Positions 48,486-62,067 of a stretch of 64,000 nucleotides of DNA are shown in pieces. The notes below the pieces were generated by a model. It was not told the origin of the DNA. It worked only from the letters and a program-made list of their open reading frames with translations, and did not search any database. This stretch comes from Torpedo marmorata (taxonomy: Eukaryota). Within the stretch, counting starts at the first letter, position 1. Each line of letters opens with the position of its first letter. A program made the position numbers and the translations under genes. Location: assembly GCA_977017645.1 (NCBI GenBank), contig OZ360222.1, forward strand, positions 159,216,001-159,280,000. Direction: 5' to 3'.

Positions 48486-50155
48486 AGGGCTTTTTACACA
48501 GAGATCCCGCAATACTGCCATAAAGAAGACCCGTCATTAAGCCGGCTTTGGTCGTTCACACTGAATCAAACAAAGCCGGCATAATGCCGGGCCAGTGTGT
48601 CATTTTACACAGCAAGCCGATATACCAGGAGCAAAAGAGGCGGGACGTGTAATACAACAGCATCAGCGTCTAGTGTGACGTATAAAATAGCATATTTGAC
48701 GGCATATAAGACCAACTTTTGTCCCAAAAAATGGCTCAAAAATATCCCCCGGGTCTTATATGCGAAGTTGAAATTAGGGTGATAATGGTGAGTAATGCCG
48801 ACAGTGATCATCGTCGCTGCATGGCTCACTAGTCACTAGCATCACCGCTATCTATCGTTGGGGGCTGGTGGGATCAGTGTGAGGGCTGGTGGTGGGCTGT
48901 TGGGAGACTCTCCCGGCGGCCCGCTGTCGGTCCCTGCACTGGTCATTGTTGTGTTGAGAAAGTGTCAGGTTCGAGAGAGATGAGTCTGGACACAAGGGTT
49001 TGCAATCAAACGTAACTTTTATTAACACACAACAATTAATAGAAGAGCGTGGGAAAATTATAGCGGGAATAAAACACGCGCACAATTTATAAAAGAGCGT
49101 GGGAAAATACACGCACAATTTAATAAAACATACGCGCACTATTTATAAAAGAGCGTGGGAAAATCGTAACGGGAAACAAACGGGAGAACGTTAAACAGTA
49201 CACAATTATTAATTCACACAGGCGATGCAGACATTCGCACACTATAAGCAGGGGTTCTACACACCCTCCCGGACCCCTGATCGTTGGGAGGCGGCTCTAG
49301 TACCACTGTACGCAGGGGTATACACACCCTCCCAGACCCCTGATCATTGGGAGGCGGCTCTAGTACACACGGTACCCGCAGGGGTGTACACACCCTCCCG
49401 GACCCCTAACAATTGGGAGCGGCGGCTCTACTGAAAGTATTGATCTATAGCAGTGGTTTTCAAACTTTTTCTTTCCACTCACATACCAATTTAAGTAATC
49501 CCTATGCCATAGGTGCTCTGATTAGTAAGGGATTACTTAAGGTGGTATGTGAGTGGGGAAAAAAAGGTTGAGAACCACTGCTCTAGACCCAATTGTTACT
49601 GAAATATTTTGCTTGAGAAAAATTGTCATTGGCCCATTTCCTTTGGAGTTATGAAACTGTCCATATAATGAGTCAATTAGGTACAATTAAAACAGTGGTT
49701 TTCAAACCTTTTTCTTTCCACTCACATACCACTTTAAGTAATCCCTTACTAATCACAGAGCACCTATGGCATAGGGATTACTTAGTGGTATGTGAGTGGA
49801 AAGAAAAAGTTTGAAAACCACTGATCTAAAGTAATTTGATCTATAGCAATACTATGGCTCAGCTTCAGTGCAGTGCGCACCTTACCCGCGACCCTTCCAA
49901 GCGACGTCCACAGTAGCGACCTGGCATGGAGCGGTGTCCGGGGCTATCACCACGAAGGGGGGGGGGGGTTCTTGTATGCCCATGGGTCTTATATGCTGTC
50001 AAAAATGGTACACATACACATCCTTTCCTGTCCTGGTCCCGGCTTGCCGGATCGTCCTTTTTACACAGACGTCAATTCAATGCTGTGACTACCTCTGCTG
50101 CCAGCGCAATAAAGGCGCAATATTCCCACATTGAAATGACTGTGTAAAAGGGGCT
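48486..50155. mobile_element. Harbinger-like non-autonomous element containing nested insertions and short tandem repeats
   Basis: TIRs AGGGCTTTTTACACAG / CTGTGTAAAAGGGGCT; ACT duplicated at 48483-48485 and 50156-50158. Confidence 0.78.
49451..49823. mobile_element. hAT-Charlie-like composite MITE (two inverted 130-bp units)
   Basis: CAGTGGTTTTCAAAC TIRs; 8-bp TSD ATCTATAG/ATCTAAAG; units 49451-49580 and 49693-49823. Confidence 0.88.
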
Positions 50156-51739
50156 ACTGCATCAGGTGGGTCCAAATAATATAGCAGTTCATGTTGGATC
50201 ACATGGACCCCTGTCCCTCACTGCATGCTACTGGAGGTTTTCTCCAGCTGCACCTTTTTCGCATATAAAAAGAAATGTTACTCCAGCGAGTTAAAAGTGA
50301 ACTTCAAAAAATCAATGTTATTTTTCCCCAATACGTAATGTTAGTACAAACATATTAGGAAAATATCCAGTCCAATCAATATGCAATCTGGCTAAAAGCA
50401 CATTTGTGATTCTCGAAATTCCAATATATTCTTTGCATGAGAGGTGGTTGGGAGCAGAGACTTTTATTCCAGTCTAGTGCGAGGCAGCTGTTATGTTTTT
50501 TGTTACCACCAGTCTCCTATTACAGTTTACGAGGTTTCAGCATATTTTAAATCAAGCCACTTTAAACATTCCATTTATTTACTTTTTCAGGAAGCTCGGG
50601 TCTGACCATTCATTAATCCTCTGTGTTTCCCTTTTGTTGCTGTTCTAAGTAGAAGTGCATGTGTAAAATGAATCGGTCGGGCAAATGCAACTCATCATGA
50701 TAATCTGTCTTTCCATCTTGGATCAGTCAGTGATGACAGGCAGTGGGGCCAGGAAGTTTGTTGTTGTAGGTTACAGATAATTAACATGGTTGAAAGAAGC
50801 TTGCTTTGCTGGCGTCTCGCTGGCTGGCCCCTGTCTGACATCTTCAGTCAAGTGTCTCAAATCTAGCAGAAGTTATCAGTGGAATATCTTCCCTGGGATT
50901 GAAAAACTCAGTGATGCCCTGTCATAGAACCCAATTTATTATCCAGTGCAACTAATAACCACAGGTTAACCATTATTTCTGTAACTTGTATTTTTTTTAT
51001 TCTGGAAATGTATCTGCTATTCCAAAACAGTCTATTTGTGATGGTATTTATTCTTTTAATCTCTTGAAAAAACATTTCAAAAAATTAACAAGGGTGAAGA
51101 GTTAAATGTCCTCATTATAAATGTTTTTTTCTTTCTGAATCCCCCAAAACTGTGAATAAATGTATTCTTTGATTGTCTGATACATCCAAAGTCTTGAATT
51201 TAAATGTTTTTGATAAGTTGTTAACATTATTTGCAGTGTTCCTTCACAGAGAGCTATCACTGGGAGATCAAAAATTTAGATTTTGTTTCTGGAAGCGAAT
51301 ACAAATCTCAGGATTTTCAGCATGTTTCAACAGAAGCTATAATTAACTCCGTCCAAGGAAGCTTCAGTTCCCTAGTTCAGAAACACTTTGTTCTTGAGTC
51401 CCCCTCCTAATTTAAACTTCAGTTTCAGGTCACAAGAGTTCTGATCAGCACCACCAGAAAACGTTCAGGCAGAATGTGTTTGCCTCAATATTCCAATATA
51501 AACCAGTCACTGCAACTAAAGTTATTATTGTAGGGTATTGTAGCAAGTTGATATAATTGATTTGGAACTTAACATGTCATGTTGGCCCACAGAAAGATTT
51601 TGCTAGAATATTTCAGTTATGAGGAGAGTCTGGTTGGCTGGGTTTATTTTCCTTGGAGCTTGAGAGCCCGGAGTGGTTGGGGGGGTGGAATCTGGTAGAG
51701 ATGTGCAAAATGATGAGAAGCTTGGGTTGGTAAATATGA

Positions 51740-52040
51740 AAGAACCTTCCCCCTGGAAGAGTTGTCCATGATGAGACGGTGTATGTTTAGGATGAGAAGT
51801 TAGAGGTTTACAGAGGATCACCACTCACTAGGTGAAAAAAAAGAATTGTTCAACTAGAGGCTGGTTGAAATCTGCCTGAGAACGTGGAGCAAGCAGATCC
51901 TCTCATATTTAAGAAGCATCTGGACAATCACTTGAATTGGCAAGGGACGTGGGATACAGACCAATTGCTGCTAAATGCAATTAGTATCGACAAGTACCTT
52001 TGTGGTTGACACAGATATTTCGGTGCTGTATGAATCCTTG
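51740..52040 (+). mobile_element. Old CR1 3' remnant
   Basis: TTTAAGAAGCATCTGGACAATCACTTGAA..GTGCTGTATGA tail similar to 21615-21838. Confidence 0.5.
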
Positions 52041-52304
52041 ATTCGTGAATTGCTTATGGTCCATGGCCCTGCAGGTCATAGTTCATCAAATGCTAAATGA
52101 GGTGATGGTCTCAGCTTCTGCTTCCATTTTCAGGTGGTGAGTTCCAGATGACTAGCAGCCTTTGGATGAAACAACTGTTCCCTCCTCTTTCCTTATTATC
52201 TGTGAGCCAGTTATTTTTAAATCCTTGTCCCTTTTTGTTTTTTTCCCTCTGCTAAGGGAAATGGATTCTCCCTATTTACTCTGTTTACCCCCCACGTTAT
52301 TGGG

Positions 52305-53620
52305 AAATTGGTGGTGAAACACTGCCTTCAACTGTGGCACTCCTGGTGATGGTGCTCCTGCAGTGCTGTTGGTCGAGGAGTTCCAGGATATGTTGTATAT
52401 GTCGGTGTACAAGACGGAATTTGAACCTTAAAATGTCACCCTAAAACCAGGGGTCATCTTATACGCCAAGTATAAAATCCGAACCTTAATATCCTGTGGT
52501 TTAGTGTCCCCAATGGCGATGGAGAACAGCATTAAACACTCATAACTCCTATGGTCTACCACTAAATATTTTACTGCTGAAACTTGCGTTTGGGAAGCTG
52601 GATTAATAGTATTGTTATATTAAAACAATAAAAATGTATTATAAATCTGTCTAACATACCTTGAAATAACAGCACAGCAAAGGAAGCTAACAGTTGCCAT
52701 TTGCAACAACTGACAAATAGTAAACAATCAACCAGGGTCCCAGGGTGCGTTTTGTTTACAATGCCTCATCAGGCCAATCACAATAAGTCTCGCAGTGATC
52801 AGTTATCGGTTCTTTTAAAATGAAAAGAAATGATCTACTACTTGAAATGAATTGGCTACAATTTAAATAACCAAGACTCTGTTGCTCAGTAGTGTTCTTA
52901 ACAGCATCACTCCACTGGTCAGTGGGATGGTTGGTAAAGGACTATTGGGGCAGTAAGCTCTCAGCGATAAGTCTCAGACTTGGGGTAGTCTTGTACAGTG
53001 ATTATAGCCCAAAACCTACATTTTAAGTGGAAATTCTGGGGGTTGTCATATACACCCAGTCGCCTCGTACGCCGACATATACGGTAGATCCAGCAACCAG
53101 CGAGGGTTGGTAAGATGTTTCCAAGTCAGCATGTCAGTGTGACTTAGAGATTGAAGGTGCAGATGGTGCTGGTCCAATACACCTGCCATTCTTGTGGTGC
53201 TTGGTGGTTGTGGGAGGTGCATGGAGATAGTGTGTGTATTTGAGGATGGTGTGCACTGCAGCCAGTGTATGCAGGTGGTGGAGGGAACAAATGGTTGGGA
53301 TGGTTGACGAGGTGCCAGATAAGCAGGGATGTTGTGTCCTGGATGGTGCCACGCTTCCTGAGAGAAGTTGGAGCTGCACTCATTCACGCGACTGGGGAAT
53401 ATATCCATAGCACTCCAGACTTGTATCTTGTAACTGGTGTCAGGATAACCAGCTTTTGACTTGCTCTTGTAGCCGGGGTATTTGTGGTTGGTTTAGTTGT
53501 GCCAGGCATGGACTGCTTCATTTACAGAGGTGCTCATTTATGAATGGCGTTTAACTGTGGATGCATGATGGTTGGAGTTAAGCTCTGTGGGACAAGAGGC
53601 TCATTCAATGCTGAACGACT
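52305..53620 (-). mobile_element. Old CR1/L2-group LINE 3' region interrupted by a Tc2-like MITE
   Basis: ORF pieces YKSGVL..SPVA*MSAAPTSLRK.GTIQD and SLHH.HTLAAV.TI typical of an abundant shark LINE C-terminus; continues across the MITE. Confidence 0.65.
52393..53084. mobile_element. Tc2/pogo-like MITE
   Basis: TIRs (TT)GTATATGTCGGTGTAC / GTACGCCGACATATACGG followed by TA; subterminal GGGGT..TCTTRTAC repeats. Confidence 0.82.
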
Positions 53621-53799
53621 CTGATGCAATGAAAACCCAAACTGGGTGTCAGTGAATAGGTTATTGATGAACAAGTGTTGCTTGACAGCAATAACTACAG
53701 CTTCAATCACTGAGGACTGATTTCAACAGTAATATTTTAATGTATATACGGTATGTGATTATTAAATGTGTGCCCTCTGGTCAGGAGAAACACTGTTTT

Positions 53800-54100
53800 A
53801 AGGGCGGGAGTAGCAAACACCAGAGGACATCTATACAAAGTGAAGGGAGGGAAGTTTAGGGAGACATCAGGGTAAGTTTTTTTTACACAGAGTTGTGGGT
53901 GCCTGGAGTGCCTTGCCAGGGGTGGTGGTGGAGTCTGGTACAATAGGGACATTTAAGTGACTCTCAGGAAAATGAATGAAAGAAAAATAGAGGGTTATGA
54001 GGGAGGAAGGGTTTAGTATTTTTGGTAGGTATATATAGGTCAGCACAACATCTTGGACTGAAGGGCCTGTACTGTGCTGTAATGTTCTCTGTTCTATGTT
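53800..54100 (+). mobile_element. CR1 3' fragment
   Basis: NTRGHLYKVKGGKFRGDIRGKFF.TQ motif and GTGCTGTAATGTTCT tail; same family as 35770-36055. Confidence 0.88.
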
Positions 54101-54692
54101 TTGTCTGGTTGTATATGTACAGTCAGATAATGATAATAAACCCGAATAAGCCAGATTGGATTTGTTCTGCTTTTGTGTACAGATCCTAGCTGGGCAGTGC
54201 TCCATATTGTATGGTAAATCCCAATTATAATTATTGAAGCAAATTGGCTAGGGTCACAGCAACGTCTGGAGTGTAGTTCTTGTATAACTAAAGCCAGGGT
54301 GTTGTCTGGTAGCAGAGCTGTTATTGTATCCAATACTGCCAGCTGCTCTTTGTTACCATGAAGAGTGAACCACATTGGCTGGAGAACGGTTTTCAGGATG
54401 GTGGGAAAGAGCTGGAAAGGATCGTTCATTTGCTACTTCTGCCTGAACGTGGTTGTCAATATTTCAACCATTTGCACCTTTGCTGTGTCCTGCCAGGACT
54501 GAGGATTCAAGATTCAAATTTATTGACATGTAATAAAGACAGTGCAATATTACACGGAAAATAAAGTAAAATGCTTTAAGGTTTATATATTCATGCAAGT
54601 GAAGTTTGTTCAGTGTAAGTATTGTATTTTTGTCTTTTTAAATTGTCTATTCTAATGCAGGTGTACTAGTTGGGCATTGTAAGAGTAAGTCT

Positions 54693-54763
54693 AAAGCAAC
54701 CGGAAAATACACTTATCCGGCATCTACCAATCCCCATAAGTGCCGGATACCAGGAGTTTTACT
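54693..54763. mobile_element. Tigger-like MITE right end
   Basis: TATCCGGCA..TGCCGGATA hairpin followed by TTTTACTG and TA. Confidence 0.55.
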
Positions 54764-55719
54764 GTATATGGACTGTACCAAAATACAAGGAGAGGAAACC
54801 TAAATCCAGTGTGAATTCAGAGATGTTAATTTTGGGAGATAAGGACATTAATTCCAAGTCTTGTATTGATCTGGAAATGCAGATCAAGAACTTGCTTCAA
54901 AGACCAAACTCTTGATAAAACTATGGAATGGAAATAATGTGTTCACCATTGTTGAATAGGGTAACCAAAAGGCAGTGAACGAGTTGTTAAAACGTGGAGT
55001 TCCATTTTCTGTTTTGCTTTCCATTCTATGGAAAGGATATTGGACTGGATAAGAGTGATCACTGTTATTGAATTAAAATTGGACAGGAATAACCAGTGAA
55101 CATTTGTGCACTTAAATGCATAAATCCGCAGCTGCATTCTGAGTTGCTTTGCTCCTTCCAATGTTGCGTTATGCTGGTATCACACTGGGACGTGGGTATT
55201 GAAATGAATGTTGTGGCATAAATCTGCTCTAGTCCTTGTCTACAGTAAATGTTATAAATAGTTGGGGCTTGTCCATTACAATGCAAGAACATTTTAACAG
55301 TCATTAACTTTAATTATTGCCTAACAACCTTTCTGGCATTGAGAATAACCTTTGCTAATGCGGCAACTCAATTTTGGAGAGTTGAAATCTCCAACAATGG
55401 GGGAAAAAGAGTGTTCTATTTTGTACTTCTATCTTTGTCTCCCTCTTTAATTCTTGCACCTGGTTAGGCAATAAAGTACCGGTAATTAATCTCTCTGGCA
55501 CAGCCAAGTTCAGATTCTGCTCATTTATGGTTCCTAAATGGGATGGACAATTGCTTGGTATGTCACACATGCCTTGGGGAGGGGAGGAGTGGGTGGTTGT
55601 GTGATTGCTAAACCAAAATGGATTTATTATCTTGACCAGTTCCAGTAGAAATCCCCACAATCTCCGTAGCTTCATTTTTTGGCAACCAGAAAATCTTGCC
55701 CTTTGAACTCTGCATTCAC

Positions 55720-55970
55720 AGAGATTTCCCCCCCCCCTCCCCGACCCCAATTCTCACCTTTCCTCTCTCCTGTCCTCCTATCTATATCCAATTATCACCT
55801 TTTGTCTGTTGGTCTGTACTCCTTCTCCTGCCCTTTCTTTTAATTCAGGCGCCTGCCTGCTTTTTACTCATACCTTGAAGGGCTCAGGCCTGAAACGTCG
55901 GTTATATATCTTTACCTCCTCTGGATGCTGCCGGATGTTCTGAGTTCCTCCAGCTTTTGTGTGTTTTTAC
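55720..55970 (+). mobile_element. Penelope-like 3' terminal fragment
   Basis: Matches reverse complement of 6790-6950 (TTCAGGCGCCTGCCTGCTTTT..GGGCTCAGGCCTGAAACGTCGG). Confidence 0.78.
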
Positions 55971-57241
55971 TGAAATATTGTGGAGCCCATGAGAGAAAAG
56001 TTGGAGACTCTGAAATTTTGTAAATTATAAAGTTTGATAGCATGGAGGTGGCAAATATCTATTCCCTATTTCTATTTCCAAGCAAGCATTAATACAAGAT
56101 GACCACAACAGAACTAACCAAAACTTTAGATGAATTTCACTCCAACAAGCTCCACACATTCACCAATATGTGCTGATGAGGTTGGAGAGACATGACAGCT
56201 CCACTGTATATGGGGGTAGAATATTGGGAAGAGGACACTATTAATTTTCTCAACAAATATCACTAAATCTGAATGGGATATTTGATGCAACTTTTAAACG
56301 AGGTTTCCAAGGTAAATTTTCCTTTTCAAATCCGGACAGAGTTTAAAACGTGAACAAGAAATAGAAGTCAGCTGGATGCTGCATTCCTGTAGGAGTCGAG
56401 ACCTTTTTGGTGAAATTATCAAATATATTGATGGCTGTTAAAGAGAATCACAGAATTTTCTGATGTTGAGTTAATAAGCAGTTGGAGCTCCCGGTCTGTC
56501 AGACCTAGTCTGTGGAATTGAGCCAAATTGATTTGTCAGTCATAAGTGTAGAAGCTGCCAACCAGCTACATTGCTGCAGAGTGCAGGATTAATCAATAAA
56601 CCTACTATCATGCTAGTGTTTGTTCAGTGTAGCAAGGTTAGCAGGTATAATGTTTTCAGGGGTATTTTGGACAGATTTATGGAAGGTCTGTTTAAGAAGT
56701 ATTTAGGATTATTAATATGTTTCTGAAGCTAATGAATAGCTGGTTTGGCTCACAAGTGAAAGTCTGAACCAGGCAGTGTGGCACAGAGGGTCTGATGTTA
56801 TGACACAAAAGCCCAATAACATCATAATTGGAAATGTCAGTATGCTTTATTGACTGTATGAGGTAGCAAAAAGTTCAAACTGATGCTCCAGAAGCAACCA
56901 GATCTGGGGTTTCTCATACTTGCTGAGTTGCTGTTTGTCTTAACTTGCAGTGAGACCCATTGTAAATTTTTAAAAGGAATCTTAATGGGTATATGAATGG
57001 AGTACTTTGGCCATGCAACTTCATTTAAGATGAAATAAAAGTGCAAAGCACTTGTTCTCCTGTTGCATTATAACATGTGATGTTGTGAATGGCAATGCCA
57101 GGTTCCCATGCAGACCACCAACAATGTGGACATCAGTGGGGATGACTCCAGACCTCTGCACTCGCCAAAGCTGCCTCGAACATTTGGCAATTGTTTTTAT
57201 TTTCGGGACTCTGAGAATCAATTCTCCTTGTATCTTTATAA

Positions 57242-57354
57242 ACCAAATAGTGACCCTCTGTCTGCCTTACGGTAGACAAAAATTAAAGAATTTCATGTAT
57301 GCTACATTCTAAATGTAGTATTATGTGACAATTAATGGAACCTTTACCTTTACC
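57242..57354 (+). mobile_element. 5'-truncated copy of the 5S-SINE (tail only)
   Basis: Near-identical to the reverse complement of 20826-20935; ends in (CCTTTA)n. Confidence 0.85.
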
Positions 57355-57434
57355 CTGGGTGGGCTGTGTTCAGTGTCATCTCACAGCATCTTCCTGTGTG
57401 GGCCCAGCCACCTGTCCTGGAGTAACAGCTTGCT

Positions 57435-58170
57435 AAAATGTTAAAAATTAAAAATGTGGAATACTGGAAACACTGGTCAGGAAGCATCTGCAGAGAGAGA
57501 AAAACTGAGTTAACATTTTTGGGTAGGAAACTCTTCCTTAGATCTGGGGAATTGAAAAAAAAACTGGTTGCCCATTTACTCCTGGACAGAGGAAGAATTG
57601 AATGGTTCACTTCTGCTAACATTCTGCACGGACTGAACCCTTCATGACTCCCTGGTACACTTTTTCTCCTTGTGGCACTTCCCCATGCAACTGCAGGAGA
57701 TGTGACACTTTCACGTTGAACTTTCCCACTATCTAGAGCCCCAGAGAGTCCTTCCAGATTCACTTGCACTTCTTCCAATCTAATATATGGCATTCAGTGC
57801 CCAATAAGTGATTTCCTCTACATTGGAGAATCCAAATGTAAATTTGGGAACTGCTTTGTGGAACACCAAACAACTAGAGATAGTTGCAGTGACTCAGTGC
57901 TTTCAGCTGTCAATCATTTTAATTCTCCATGCCATTCCCATTCTGGTTTATCTGTTCCAACAAGATCCAATCACATCTTGAGGGAAAGTACCTCACTTTC
58001 TGCATGTTGCAGCCTTCTGCACTTGATATTGAATTGGACACATTTGGGCAATTTTCTTGCTTGTATCAGAACTGGCCAGTTTAGCTGCAAGGTTATCCAT
58101 CTGTAACATTACCCAGTTTTTCCTCTCCCGCTGATGCTGCATGACCTGTAGGCACTTCCAGTAGTCCACT
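57435..58170 (+). mobile_element. Degenerate Penelope-like GIY-YIG 3' fragment preceded by an inverted terminus
   Basis: FTCTSSNLIYGIQC..LYIGESK, NHFNSP.HSHS remnants; minus-oriented PLE end at 57435-57520. Confidence 0.72.
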
Positions 58171-58295
58171 TCGGTTGTCAGACCTCGCCACAGCACTGAC
58201 TTGCAATTTGTAGCTTTGACACATTGCCGTTACATTTTCTCTTTCTCTAAATGTCCCCTTAATCTGTTAATCATATGGTTTTGTAAATATGGTGA

Positions 58296-60241
58296 TCACA
58301 GCGCCTACTAGAATCCCTGAAAAGGCTGAGGACCCTGTGATATCTGTCTCTGAGGGCGACGTCAGAACATCATTCAAGAGGGTGAACCCTCGCAAGGCGT
58401 CAGGCCCTGACGGTGTACCTGGCAGGGTACTGAAAATCTGCGCCAACCAACTAGCCGGAGTGTTCACGGACATTTTCAACCTCTCATTGCGGCAGTCAGA
58501 GGTTCCCACCTGCTTCAAAAGGGCATCAATCATCCCGGTACCCAAGAAGAGTAGTGTGGGCTGCCTCAACGACTACCGCCCAGTAGCATTAGATTAGATT
58601 AGATGCACTTTATTGTCATTGTACCAGTTCAAAAACAAGCCAATCAGATACAACTAGCATCCAACCAGAAGTTAAAAAATAGTGCTATATACATCACAAT
58701 AAAACATGTGCAATTAAAACCAACAACAACCTATTCAACAAACAAACTATTATAAAAGTACTGATATTACAATATGAGTGCAGTACCACTCAGCGCTGTG
58801 ATTCAGTGTTCATCAGGCTCACAGCCTCATGAAAGAAACTTCTTCAGCCTGCTGGTATGCGAGCGAAGGCTCCTATAGCGCCTGCCCGATGGGAGAAGAG
58901 TAAAAAGTCCGTGATTTGGGTGTGATGCATCCTTAATGATGTTCCTCGCCCTGCCCAGACACCGTTCTCGATAGATGTTCTCGATGGTAGGCAACTGCTA
59001 CTAACTTCTACTGTGATGAAATGCTTTGAGAGGCTGGTCATGGCCAGAATTAACACATACCTAAGCAAAGATCTGGACCCACTGCAATTCGCCTATCGTC
59101 ACAATCGCTCCACAGCAGATGCAATATCACTGGCTCTCCACTCAGCTCTGGATCACCTCGAAAACAGCAATTCATACATACGGCTGCTCTTCATCGACTA
59201 CAGCTCGGCCTTCAATACCATTATTCCCTCAGTGCTGGTCAAGAAGCTACAAACTCTAGGCCTCTGTACCTCCCTCTGCAATTGGATCCTTGACTTCCTC
59301 ATCGGAAGACCACAGTCTCCTCCTCACTGATTATCAACACAGGCGCACCCCAAGGATGCGTGCTTAGTCCACTGCTCTACTCGTTATACACCCATGACTG
59401 TGGGGCCAGGCACAATTCCAATGCCATCTACAAGTTTGCCGATGACACCACAGTTGTCGGCAGAATCACAAACGGCAATGAGGAAGTGTACAGGAGGGAG
59501 ATAGATCAGCTCGTTGAATGGTGTAATGGCAACAATCTTGAGCTCAACGTCAGCAAAACCAAAGAGATGATTGTGGACTTCAGGGGAACACGACCCAGTC
59601 CTCATCGAGGGCTCAGTAGTGGAGAGGGTCAAGAACTTCAAATTCCTGGGTGTCAACATCTCCGAGGATCTGTCCTGGAGCATCCACGTTGATGCAATCA
59701 CAAAGAAGGCTCGTCAGCGGCTATACTTTGTGAGGTGTCTGCGGAGATTCGGTATGTCACCGAAGATTCTCATAAGCTTCTACAGGTGTACCGTGGAGAG
59801 CATTCTGGCTGGTATGGAGGCGCCAACTCTCAGGGCAAGAGTAAACTCCAGAGGGTTGTTAACTCGGCCTGTGACATCACAGGCACCAAACTTCACTCCA
59901 TCGAGGACATCTACATGAGGCGGTGTCTTAAAAAAGCAGCCTCTATCCTCAAAGACCCCCACCACCCTGGCCATGCCCTCTTCACTCTGCTTCCATCGGG
60001 GAAAAGGTACAGGAGCCTAAAGACGAGCACTCAACAGCACAAGGACAGCTTCTTCCCCACTGCCATCATATTCCTGAATAATCAATGAACCAAAGACACT
60101 GCCTTACTTTTCGTGCACTATTGTTTATAATTTTTTATAGTAATGTCGTAAGATGGTTAATATGAATGTTAATTGCACTATGATGCTGCCGCAAAACACT
60201 GAATTTCATGACTTGTTCATGACAATAAATTCTGATTCTGA
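58296..60241 (+). mobile_element. Rex1/Babar copy A (RT), interrupted at 58589-59000
   Basis: ORFs 58289..58597, 59013..59330, 59360..59692, 59571..59918, 59735..60088 nearly identical to 31579-34037; TCTGATTCTGA tail. Confidence 0.95.
58589..59000 (-). mobile_element. Different Rex1-family 3' fragment nested in copy A
   Basis: [42 protein letters not shown]; TTAGA repeats on + (tail); host resumes CCAGTAGCA|CTAACTTCT. Confidence 0.9.
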
Positions 60242-61225
60242 CTTTCTCAGCGGAAGACCACAGTCAGTACGAATTGGAAGCAACATCTCCTCCTCACTGA
60301 TTATCAACACAGGCGCACCCCAAGGATGCGTGCTTAGCCCACTGTTCTACTCATTATACACCCATGACTGTGTGGCCAGGCACAATTCCAATGCTATCTA
60401 CAAGTTTGCCGATGACACCACAGTTGTCGGCAGAATCACAAACAGAAATGAGGAAGCGTACAGGAAGGAGATAGAGCAGCTCTTTTAGTGGTGTCACAAC
60501 AACAACCTTGCACTCAACGTTAGCAAAACCAAGGAGATGATTGTGGACTTCAGGAGGGAGTCAGGGGAACATGACCCAGTCCTCATCGAGGGCTCAGTAG
60601 TGGAGAGGGTCAAGAACTTCAAATTCCTGGGTGTCAACGTCTCCGAGGATCTGTCCTGGAGCCTCCATGTTGATGCAATCACGAAGAAGGCCTGCCAGCG
60701 GCTATACTTTGTGAGGTGCTTGAGGAGATTTGGTATGTCACCGAAGACTCTCGAAAACTTCTACAGGTGTACCATGGAGAGCATTCTGGCTGGTTGCATC
60801 ACTGCATCGTGTGGAGGCACCAAATCTCAGGACAAGGAAAAACTCCAGAGGGTTGTTAATTCGGCCTGTGACATCACAGGCACCAGACTTCACTCCATCG
60901 AGGACATCTACATGAGATGGTGACTTAGAAAAGCAGCCTTTATCCTCAAGGACCCCCACCACCCAGGTCATTGCCCTCTTCACTCTGCTACCATCAGGAA
61001 AAAGGTACAGGAGCCTAAAGACGAGCACTCAACGACACAAGGTCAGCTTGTTCCCCGCTGCCATCAGATTCCTGAATGATCAATGAACCAAAGACACTGC
61101 CTTACTTTTCGTGCACTATTATTTATATTTTTATTTTTTATATTATTGTTGTAAGATGGTTCATAATATGAATGTTTGCACTATGATGCTGCTGCAAAAC
61201 ACCGAATTTCGTGACTTGTTCATGA
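60242..61225 (+). mobile_element. Rex1/Babar copy B, head-to-tail after copy A
   Basis: [23 protein letters not shown]-terminal motifs; GACAATAAA..GATTCTGA tail. Confidence 0.93.
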
Positions 61226-61867
61226 CAATAAATTTTGATTCTGATTTAGCGTGTGTGTGTAAGGCTTCATGTACTCCAAGCCAAAGGTGCAAATTATCAA
61301 AGCCAATTAACTGAAAATTTAACAACCCTTAAAATGGATTCGCTTATCAGTAATACGGGCAAATATGGAAGTAAATATCACCTTCTAATAACCTTTCACT
61401 TCAAGTTCCAAATTACCTACTAGCCTCACTCTGTGTTTATGTGGAAATATAGCTAGCAGTGTGTGCATTAATATTGTGAGGTGGCAGGTTTATATGACCT
61501 TGGTTAATGTGCAGAATATATGATGGTCAGGGTGAATTGGAGGAGACTTTACAAAGTCCCAAGTGAATCCCACAAGTATGAGGAAGCATGCAGTTCAAAA
61601 ACCAATTGGAGCTCTCAACTTAACAGTAACTGACCCCTGCCTATCATTTTGCATTTGGATAAAACACTCAAATATCTTTTTAGTTCAATTCTTAATTCTG
61701 TAATGCATAAAAGTTGTGTGATGTCAGAGAGACTGCACTACAACAGGTGAACTATATTTGAGATTTAGTCACAGGAGAAAAAAAAAATTGAGTGGGCTGA
61801 TCTCCAGGTTCATTTTTCAGGAAATTGAGGTGTGCACGTGCATTCTTAATATCAAAAAGTAATTTGG

Positions 61868-62067
61868 TTAGGCCCCGGCTGCCCACCCACAGGAGTTCCC
61901 GATGCCCCGACCACAGACTCTTGCCTAGACCTCGGTCGTCCGCCCATCCGAGCTCCCAAAGCAAGTACCTGCCACGGTCAAAAGTAGTGTACGTGTAATA
62001 GTCGACCCCCTAAATTTTACCCTAAAAATTGGACCACAAAATTTGACAATTACACACGTATATAGGG
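61868..62067. mobile_element. Tc2-like MITE right end with GC-rich units
   Basis: CCGCCCATCCGAGCTCCC units like 23468-23745; GTAATAGTCGACCCCC and ACACGTATATAGG terminus. Confidence 0.6.

Noticed and set aside
50575-50660. Acceptor-like TTTACTTTTTCAG|G
   Set aside because: No convincing donor or coding signal downstream; such tracts are common in T-rich introns
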